Shown: piece after piece, positions 28,280-34,187 of the stretch
Position numbering within the stretch: position 1 is the stretch's first letter
Layout: each line of letters opens with the position of its first letter
Notes under the pieces: generated by a model
Database searches by the model: none
Told to the model about the DNA's origin: nothing
What the model saw: the letters and a program-made list of their open reading frames with translations, nothing else
Sequence record: KX689784
DNA: 39,024 bases
Source: Escherichia phage JSS1
Direction: 5' to 3' (one strand)
Translations under genes and position numbers: made by a program

Positions 28280-28738
28280 TTAACCACGGTCGGAAGTGAC
28301 CAGTTCGTTGGTAGTCAACCAGCGTTGCAAGTCAAAACTTGGACAGGCCTTAGGTGCTACGTCATGGTGTGCTTTGATTTCTGCCTGAGGATACAGGACC
28401 TTCAGGTCATCCAGCTTGATGCGCAGGGAGTCCATCTGGGCTGGAGTGAAGTTAGCTTCAAACTTGCCATTAGCGTTGATCCCACCTACAAGGCAGACGC
28501 CTACGGACCGGGAGTTCCAGTCCTTAACGTGTGACCCTACGACATTGACCGGGCGGCCTTCTTCCACAGTGCCATCACGCTTGATGACGAAGTGGTAGCC
28601 TACGTCCAGCCAGCCTTGCTGCTTGTGCCACATACGGATTGTCTCTACCCCGATGTCCATATCTGGCTTGGTAGCCGAACAGTGAACGAAGATAGCGTCA
28701 GTCCGTGACCGTGGGTTGAACTGAACCTTACTCACCAT
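28280..28738 (-). CDS. 3.5: Lysozyme / N-acetylmuramoyl-L-alanine amidase (T7 gp3.5 homolog, 152 aa)
   Basis: Near-colinear with T7 lysozyme (DAIFVHCSATKP, WLDVGYHF.IKRDGTVE.GR, GVCLVGGI, KACPSFDL, NELVTSDRG). Confidence 0.96.
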   Translation of the reverse strand: MVSKVQFNPRSRTDAIFVHCSATKPDMDIGVETIRMWHKQQGWLDVGYHFVIKRDGTVEEGRPVNVVGSHVKDWNSRSVGVCLVGGINANGKFEANFTPAQMDSLRIKLDDLKVLYPQAEIKAHHDVAPKACPSFDLQRWLTTNELVTSDRG

Positions 28739-29198
28739 CGTACACCACCAGCTCTACAGCTACGAGGTTCAGATGACGTTGGAAGCGCTGTGCGTCAGTC
28801 GTGTGCATCTGGAGCAACTTATGGTTGAAGACGTGAGAGTTGCTAATCTTCACGTACACTTCGTCAGGCTTACCGTGGACGATGAACGTCTGACCTACAC
28901 CGATCTTGTTGATGGTCAGGACTTCACGTTTAACTGTGACAGGAGGGACACTTGAGGCTGGCAGGACTTGCGGTTTATCCTCTAAGATTTCCTCAAGCTG
29001 ATTATTTATAACCCACGCTCCCCACATACCGTCAGGCTGAGTGTTATAACCTTCCGCTCCGTGTTTGTAGATTCCCCTCTCGGAGGATTCCACCAGAGTC
29101 ATTACAGGTGATGGTACAGGGTCTTTCGAACATTTCGTAACGATAGTGCCTGCTGGCCACCCGTTGAATCCAGTCTTAAGTCTATATTTCTGAGTCAT
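28728..29198 (-). CDS. Hypothetical protein (156 aa) inserted between endonuclease I and lysozyme
   Basis: ATG at 29198 in an ATGA overlap with the gene 3 stop, AGGAG 7 nt upstream. T7 has no gene here. No recognisable motif. Confidence 0.6.
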   Translation of the reverse strand: MTQKYRLKTGFNGWPAGTIVTKCSKDPVPSPVMTLVESSERGIYKHGAEGYNTQPDGMWGAWVINNQLEEILEDKPQVLPASSVPPVTVKREVLTINKIGVGQTFIVHGKPDEVYVKISNSHVFNHKLLQMHTTDAQRFQRHLNLVAVELVVYDGE

Positions 29199-29647
29199 CA
29201 CTTAACTCCTTTCTTCTTGGGGATGAGTATACCAGAAGGCAGACGTACAGTCGCCTCTCTCAGCCACTCAACCGGGATAAACTTGTCGGCAAACTTAAAG
29301 CCGTTCTTTTCGCACCATGCGCCATACGTGGTCGGAGACCCTTTGTATAACTTGGAGCGGGAACTTGAGAACACGAACCGAATGTCTAACTCTGGGTGCT
29401 GTTCTCTAATCAATAGGTGCTTCTTGCGGTCTTCCACTGCGAAGATTCCTTTGGTCTCCACAATTATTCCGTTGGGCAGTACAAAGTCTGGACAATAACT
29501 GTGAAGAGATTCTGGTATTGTGTACTTGATGCTATACATCTCGTACTCAGCCTTAACTCCGTTCTTCTCCAGCCACTCTTGGTTCTTTGCTTCTAGTCCA
29601 GACCTATATATTCCTACTTGATGCCCTCGGCTAATCGTTCTTGCCAT
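29198..29647 (-). CDS. 3: Endonuclease I, Holliday junction resolvase (T7 gp3 homolog, 149 aa)
   Basis: PDF.LPNGI.VETKG...DRKKHLLIREQHPELDIR.VFSSSR.KLYKGSPT.YG matches T7 gp3. ATG at 29647 with GGAGACG RBS; the track start at 29698 is a TTG extension. Confidence 0.93.
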   Translation of the reverse strand: MARTISRGHQVGIYRSGLEAKNQEWLEKNGVKAEYEMYSIKYTIPESLHSYCPDFVLPNGIIVETKGIFAVEDRKKHLLIREQHPELDIRFVFSSSRSKLYKGSPTTYGAWCEKNGFKFADKFIPVEWLREATVRLPSGILIPKKKGVK

Positions 29648-30080
29648 TCTTGCGTCTCCAATTAATAGCTTGCGGAGTAACGCCAAACATCTTAGCAAGT
29701 TCTATAGGCCTCAGCTTGGACTTCAGGATAAACGCTACGTCTTCCTCGGTCAGCTTAGTCTTGTGATTAGCTTCTCCTTCGAATACTGGCGGTTTCGAGT
29801 GACGTCCCCGCTTCACGCAGTCCTGCATGTTGTCCTTCTGAGTCCCAACTTCAAGGTGCTCAGGGTTACAGCAGCAAGGGTTATCACATTTATGTCTAAC
29901 AACCAATCCATCAGGTATATGACCTTTGTACTCCCTGTACGAAACTCGGTGAGAATAGTCCTGTTTCTGATGACCTATAGCTATTTGACCATAACCAGTT
30001 TTAGTCCGGGAGCGTTGCCACTCCCAGCATCCCGAAGGAGAAACCTTAGAGTAAGCCTCCAGTTTCTCTTTCAGCGTCAT
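29631..30080 (-). CDS. HNH endonuclease (149 aa) inserted between SSB and endonuclease I
   Basis: HNH signature CWEW...GYGQ...HR.SY...GHIP.GLVVRHKCDNPCCCNPEHLEVGT. ATG 3 nt after the gene 2.5 stop (TAAATG), with no strong RBS of its own. Confidence 0.8.
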   Translation of the reverse strand: MTLKEKLEAYSKVSPSGCWEWQRSRTKTGYGQIAIGHQKQDYSHRVSYREYKGHIPDGLVVRHKCDNPCCCNPEHLEVGTQKDNMQDCVKRGRHSKPPVFEGEANHKTKLTEEDVAFILKSKLRPIELAKMFGVTPQAINWRRKNGKND

Positions 30081-30776
30081 TTAGAAGTCGTAGTCTCCTG
30101 CAGTATCTTCATCACCACCTTCGGAACCATCGTCGCCGAAGTCATCAGACCCGAAGTCACCATCGGTTGGCGCTTTGTAGCCAGTACCGAGGTCTTCATC
30201 ATCACCCCAGCCACCATCGCCACCAGCACCATCACCTTTCCACTCCTTCAGTTCTACCATAAGGCAGGACTCAAGCTGGAGCTTAATGCTTGCACCAGTC
30301 GCAGCGTTCCACTTGAACGGCAGGACTTTAAACTTGACCTTCAGCTTAGACCCTGAGCCAATATTCGGGACGTCACGGATGAGTTTAGCATCGGTGTCGT
30401 AGAACCGTAATACGATAGGCTCGGACTTGCCGTCTTTCAGGTAAGACGCGAAGCATTTAAACTTCAGGGTAACAGTACCGTCACCATTCTCAATCCACGG
30501 CATGTCGCCTTCTCGTGGTTCAATAGGCTTCTTGCCACGCTGAACCTGAGGCGGGTTCTTCTCGTGGTCTGCGAGTGCTTTCGCATATGCATCGTCGTGA
30601 ATCTTCTGTAAGACATCAATCATCTTACGGACCTTCGGGTTGCTCAGGTCGAATGTCAGGTTGACTTTATGTTCACCACGCTCGTTGAACTTGGTGTCTG
30701 CTTTGTTCAGCCATGCGTAAGGCTCAACGATACCAGCTACCGGAGTGGTGAAAGTCTTCAGTTGCTCTTTAGCCAT
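30081..30776 (-). CDS. 2.5: Single-stranded DNA-binding protein (T7 gp2.5 homolog, 231 aa)
   Basis: MAK...A.PYAW, NPP...RGKKP, GDMP...NGDGT, KLQLES and an acidic C-terminal tail ending DF as in T7 gp2.5. Confidence 0.95.
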   Translation of the reverse strand: MAKEQLKTFTTPVAGIVEPYAWLNKADTKFNERGEHKVNLTFDLSNPKVRKMIDVLQKIHDDAYAKALADHEKNPPQVQRGKKPIEPREGDMPWIENGDGTVTLKFKCFASYLKDGKSEPIVLRFYDTDAKLIRDVPNIGSGSKLKVKFKVLPFKWNAATGASIKLQLESCLMVELKEWKGDGAGGDGGWGDDEDLGTGYKAPTDGDFGSDDFGDDGSEGGDEDTAGDYDF

Positions 30777-30815
30777 TGGTGTAAATCTCCTAATTTAAAG
30801 TTACGAACTGGACGT

Positions 30816-30838
30816 CTGTCCTACAGTGATAGTTTAAG
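30816..30838 (-). promoter_or_regulatory. Variant phage promoter (phi2.5-like; CACTGTAGG)
   Basis: Minus-strand CTTAAACTATCACTGTAGGACAG: one change at -3. Overlaps the gene 2 stop, upstream of gene 2.5. Confidence 0.5.
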
Positions 30839-30992
30839 TCTCAGGACGAATCCGTCCTACCACAAACCCAGCGTCCTCATACTCTTGGGACTTCAGGGTA
30901 GCCTCTTCAAGAGACTTTGCGTACACCGGAACCTCGAAGGACTGAACTCGACCCTCAAGCTCCACGATGTATTTCTTCTCAACCTCAGTCAT
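30834..30992 (-). CDS. 2: Host RNA polymerase inhibitor (T7 gp2 homolog, 52 aa)
   Basis: [14 protein letters not shown]...[10 protein letters not shown] resembles T7 gp2 (SFEVPIYAETLDEA...AGFEVTRVRP). ATG at 30992 with GGAAGGAG RBS. Below the ORF-track size cutoff. Confidence 0.7.
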   Translation of the reverse strand: MTEVEKKYIVELEGRVQSFEVPVYAKSLEEATLKSQEYEDAGFVVGRIRPET

Positions 30993-31070
30993 AAACCACG
31001 CTCCTTCCATTGGTTGTATAGTGTAATGTAGTCCGGGTTGAGAGTCTTCTCATACATCTCCCGGCACCAC

Positions 31071-31511
31071 TCACTCGGCAACATAGCACTTACCTTTATG
31101 CAGGTCGAACAGCTCCTGATAGAAGGCCGCTTTGTTCAGGTCCTTCTCCATAGTTGCCAGCTCTGACTTCTTACCAGCCCGGAGTCGATACTTCAGGACG
31201 TTACCCATGCAGAACCCACGGAACTCACTCACAGTCATTGACCGTGCGATAATCTCAATGGATTCCACGCCGTCAAAGACCTGATAGTGAGATGGCTTGC
31301 GAACGCCATCGTCTTCACTGCACGTTCCCACAGAGGCCCGTAAGTCACGAAGGGTCTTGTACTCGCCAGTACCTGTCCTCTTACCGACCATTGGGCATCG
31401 GTCACATGATAGTCCCTTGCAGCTCACCCCATTACCGCAGCTAGCTTCGTCTCTTACGTCAACGTTAAGTGCCAAAAGTTCTTTGACAACAGTTGGTGTA
31501 CGGTTAAGCAT
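31071..31511 (-). CDS. 1.7: gp1.7-like protein with DUF3310-type C-terminal domain (146 aa)
   Basis: C-terminal motif FRGFCMGNVLKYRLRAGKK...DL.KAAFY is typical of the DUF3310 family found in T7 gp1.7 nucleotide kinase. AAGGAGGTGG RBS. Confidence 0.65.
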   Translation of the reverse strand: MLNRTPTVVKELLALNVDVRDEASCGNGVSCKGLSCDRCPMVGKRTGTGEYKTLRDLRASVGTCSEDDGVRKPSHYQVFDGVESIEIIARSMTVSEFRGFCMGNVLKYRLRAGKKSELATMEKDLNKAAFYQELFDLHKGKCYVAE

Positions 31512-31764
31512 TAACCACCTCCTTCACGAACTCAACGAACAGACGGACGCGTGGCCACTTTGTGTAGACCACAGGTACGTCGGTCTCACGCTTCTGGCGA
31601 GCCTCTTCAGCTTTACCCGGAGTAATCAGAGCGAAGACTGTAGGTGCCAGCTTAACGGCCTTCCCGAAGTAGCACAGCTTCTCGTTGCGCTTAATGCAAG
31701 CGAACGGGTTGTTGGACAGGTGGAAGGTATTGGAATAACGATTGAACATTAAGTTCTTAGACAT
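31504..31764 (-). CDS. 1.6: gp1.6-position protein (86 aa)
   Basis: Synteny; AAGGAGA RBS before ATG at 31764. Confidence 0.55.
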   Translation of the reverse strand: MSKNLMFNRYSNTFHLSNNPFACIKRNEKLCYFGKAVKLAPTVFALITPGKAEEARQKRETDVPVVYTKWPRVRLFVEFVKEVVNA

Positions 31765-31790
31765 AGAGTCTCCTTAGGTCGAAGTTATGG

Positions 31791-31813
31791 GTGTCCTATA
31801 GTGATATCTTAGG
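31791..31813 (-). promoter_or_regulatory. Variant phage promoter (phi1.5/1.6-like)
   Basis: Minus-strand CTAAGATATCACTATAGGACACC: consensus -8 to +2, changes at -12/-11. Confidence 0.5.
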
Positions 31814-31846
31814 GTCTAGCTGGTGGCCCAGACGATAGCTTTCTAG

Positions 31847-31886
31847 CATAAGCAAAGAAACCCAGCAGTCCGAAGACCACTGGGTT
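31847..31886 (-). terminator. Intrinsic terminator (T7 early terminator TE equivalent)
   Basis: Minus-strand RNA AACCCAGUGGUC-UUCG-GACUGCUGGGUU then UCUUUGCUU: 12 bp stem with two G-U pairs, UUCG tetraloop, U-rich tail. Downstream of ligase and the HNH insertion. Confidence 0.7.
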
Positions 31887-31890
31887 GACG

Positions 31891-32352
31891 TTATAATGAA
31901 TCTCTTAAGGCTACCGCCTCGGCTATGGTAGCGAACGTACCGTATGACTTACGCTTTATCCTCAGTTGCCAGCGACCAGTCCTTGGCTCAAAGTTAATAT
32001 ACTTCTCGCCAGACTTGCAGTGGCTACGGACGGCGACGTTCGTCAGGTTCACTGCCTGAGTCACACACCTTAGGTTCTCAATGCGGTTATCAGAAGGGTC
32101 TCTGTTTATATGGTCAATAACCATTCCTTCCGGTATCGGACCGTGAGTTAGCTCCCAGACTACCCGGTGGGCAAGGAGTTGACCCTTGGTTGTGTTTATA
32201 ATCCAGTAGCCGTCCTTGCGTCGATAACCTAAGTGTTTACCCTTCAGGTTGGAGACTCCCGAAGGAGCCGTCCGGTCAACCTTAAATCTTGACTGTAGGA
32301 TTGTCCTCAGTCCCTCGCCACTGGTCGAATGACGGATGTCGCAAACTTCCAT
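31891..32352 (-). CDS. HNH homing endonuclease with AP2-like domain (153 aa) inserted after the ligase gene
   Basis: HNH motif MVIDHINRDPSDNRIENLRCVTQAVN and AP2-like KYINFEPRTGRWQLRIKRKSYGTFATIAEAVALRD; paralogous to the ORF at 783-1325. ATG at 32352 with GGAGGAGA RBS. Overlaps the ligase 3' end by about 70 nt; the track ORF extends further upstream. Confidence 0.75.
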   Translation of the reverse strand: MEVCDIRHSTSGEGLRTILQSRFKVDRTAPSGVSNLKGKHLGYRRKDGYWIINTTKGQLLAHRVVWELTHGPIPEGMVIDHINRDPSDNRIENLRCVTQAVNLTNVAVRSHCKSGEKYINFEPRTGRWQLRIKRKSYGTFATIAEAVALRDSL

Positions 32353-33304
32353 CTGGTGTCTCCTCCATGTAGGTAATCTGACAGGCCCACCCTTTGTAGT
32401 AATCTGGGTCTGACTTGACGTTCTCTGTGAACTCGGACATAAGGGCGCGACTAATGTTAGTTGCGGAGACCTCCATCCCGTTCTCAAGCATAACGTCAAA
32501 CCCAATGACCAGACCTTCGTTGGCTAAACCTTCCGTTCCCCACACCGGACGAACAACGTGACCATCTGCCTCTTCGCTTGGCTTCATTTTCCACATGCCT
32601 GACTTCTTGCCACGCTTGTATTTACCCAGCGGGTCCTTGACTACCAGACCCTCGTGTCCTTCCAGACGCTTCTGTTCGTACAGGGAGTTGAGCGACTCAA
32701 GGTCATAGACCGTGTGCGACTCAGACAGAACCCAGTCGATTTCCGGGAAGTATTTCTGGAGGAGAGGGACGATAGCTTCGGCCTTCAGGCGTGTGACGCT
32801 GTGGATAGGACCTTCTGCTTTCGGGTCAGCAATGGTTGTCATGTCGACAATACCGTAAACCACAACCTTAAGTCGTGACCGGGCGACCCAGAACGGGACC
32901 TTCTTGCCACGGCCCGAATAGCATTCAGCGAACTCCTCGTTGTTAGGCTTGAGCCACTTGGTTCGAATGAGACCTGAGGACGTATTAAAGTCAACACCTT
33001 TGACCATGACCTCGCCATCAATCATTAGGCCGATACCTTCATAGCCAGCTTGACGAAGGAACCACCTCCAGTCAGCCTGAGTCCACGCATTGCCTAACTC
33101 AGAGTTCATCCACTCAAGTGCTGGTAGTGGTTTAGACTCACGGCTTAACCAATAAGTCTCACCCTCTCGCAGCACCGGAAGGTTCAACCGCACACCGTCA
33201 TACTTCACTTCAGCTTCCAGCGACCCTGCTACTGCCAGTGCTTTCGTAACGCCTGACTCAGAGTAATCTACAGCGCGGTGCGGGTTGGTTTTGATAGTTG
33301 TCAT
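32282..33304 (-). CDS. 1.3: ATP-dependent DNA ligase (T7 gp1.3 homolog, 340 aa)
   Basis: IKTNP..AV, adenylation motif EVKYDGVR, YWLSR.SK..PALE, GEVMVKGVDFN.SSGL.RTKW, EGHEGLVVKDP, KRGKKSG.WKMKP, WACQITYMEETPDGSLRHPSF.QWRGTEDNP. Confidence 0.96.
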   Translation of the reverse strand: MTTIKTNPHRAVDYSESGVTKALAVAGSLEAEVKYDGVRLNLPVLREGETYWLSRESKPLPALEWMNSELGNAWTQADWRWFLRQAGYEGIGLMIDGEVMVKGVDFNTSSGLIRTKWLKPNNEEFAECYSGRGKKVPFWVARSRLKVVVYGIVDMTTIADPKAEGPIHSVTRLKAEAIVPLLQKYFPEIDWVLSESHTVYDLESLNSLYEQKRLEGHEGLVVKDPLGKYKRGKKSGMWKMKPSEEADGHVVRPVWGTEGLANEGLVIGFDVMLENGMEVSATNISRALMSEFTENVKSDPDYYKGWACQITYMEETPDGSLRHPSFDQWRGTEDNPTVKI

Positions 33305-33321
33305 CGTTAATGTCTCCAGAA

Positions 33322-33609
33322 TTAAAGGAATCGACCAGTGTAGTCGTTGAACTGTTTATTGAACCAAGTGGCGATCACAATGGTCTGCACATCTGCGTCG
33401 CGGATATTCGGGTACTCCGTGAAGTCCTTCTCGATGAGCACCTCTCGTGTGTGAACGTGGGCTATTACCGCTTTGATACAAGTTCTGTTCATCACCGGGT
33501 CAAACCAAGTGCTGACATCTGCATTGTAGTCCGTCTCGGTCTGCCAGTTGTTGATGGCTGTACGCAGAGTGTTCAGGTTGCCGCTATGCGCTCTTGAGAA
33601 CATGCCCAT
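33322..33609 (-). CDS. 1.2: gp1.2-position protein (95 aa), candidate dGTPase inhibitor homolog
   Basis: Synteny after gene 1.1. ATG 2 nt after the 1.1 stop. Weak similarity to T7 gp1.2. Confidence 0.55.
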   Translation of the reverse strand: MGMFSRAHSGNLNTLRTAINNWQTETDYNADVSTWFDPVMNRTCIKAVIAHVHTREVLIEKDFTEYPNIRDADVQTIVIATWFNKQFNDYTGRFL

Positions 33610-33611
33610 GT

Positions 33612-33791
33612 TTACGCTCCTACGGAATACTTCTCTTGGTTTACCAGAGAGTCTTTACCTTCAGCGTTACGGAAAGCACCCTTGACACCACCGCCACGCT
33701 TGGTCTTGTTCAGCTTGCGGCCCTTCGGAATGTAATCTTCAGTCTGCTGACGTTCACGGATGCGCTCTAAGTTGATAGTGTTCTGATACAT
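33612..33791 (-). CDS. 1.1: gp1.1 homolog (59 aa, basic)
   Basis: GRKLNKTKRGGG matches the T7 gp1.1 core (GRKLNKTKR). ATG at 33791 with GGAG RBS. Below the ORF-track cutoff. Confidence 0.65.
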   Translation of the reverse strand: MYQNTINLERIRERQQTEDYIPKGRKLNKTKRGGGVKGAFRNAEGKDSLVNQEKYSVGA

Positions 33792-33822
33792 GTTGTAGCT
33801 CCAGTTATTTAGGTTATAGGGT

Positions 33823-33863
33823 TAATCATGAAGGCCACGACTTTGAGTCATGACCTTGAGTCT
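33823..33863 (-). promoter_or_regulatory. Conserved RNA hairpin at the 5' end of the phi1.1 transcript, candidate RNase III site (T7 R1.1 position)
   Basis: Minus-strand RNA AGACUCAAGGUCAUGACU-CAA-AGUCGUGGCCUUCAUGAUUA: 12 bp stem with G-U pairs; flanks shared with 3605 and 25891. Confidence 0.5.
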
Positions 33864-33885
33864 AATCCTATAGTGATAGTTTAGG
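33863..33885 (-). promoter_or_regulatory. Phage RNAP promoter (phi1.1-like), consensus class
   Basis: Minus-strand AGCCTAAACTATCACTATAGGATTAG. Confidence 0.75.
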
Positions 33886-33959
33886 CTAACCTCTTCTGCG
33901 TTGGATTAAAGTGAATACTGCTAGTGCTCCTAGCCACAAGGCCAGTAACTGTAGGTCTG

Positions 33960-34175
33960 TCATTTGGTCTGCTCCAGCTTAGACACTGCGTCTTTCAGGT
34001 ACTTCTCGTGGTTGGATTCCACAAGATGGACGAGGGTCTTGAATGGTACGTTAAGCTGTTTTGACAGCTCGGTAGGGATGACCGTGGTCTTCACCAGACC
34101 CTTGCCGTTGTGTTCTGTTACGGTCACGATTTGAGTCCCACCATTAACGCCAGCCTGCTTGTGTGCAAATTTCAT
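33960..34175 (-). CDS. Hypothetical protein (71 aa) immediately after the RNAP gene
   Basis: ATG at 34175 with AGGAGA RBS; no recognisable motif. Confidence 0.55.
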   Translation of the reverse strand: MKFAHKQAGVNGGTQIVTVTEHNGKGLVKTTVIPTELSKQLNVPFKTLVHLVESNHEKYLKDAVSKLEQTK

Positions 34176-34187
34176 AACTCTCTCCTG

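Noticed and set aside
29670-30356. 228 aa plus-strand ORF
   Set aside because: Antisense to the SSB and HNH genes, which have clear homology and RBSs; no RBS and low-complexity translation. Reading-frame artefact.
31297-31752. 151 aa plus-strand ORF
   Set aside because: Antisense to the 1.6/1.7 genes.
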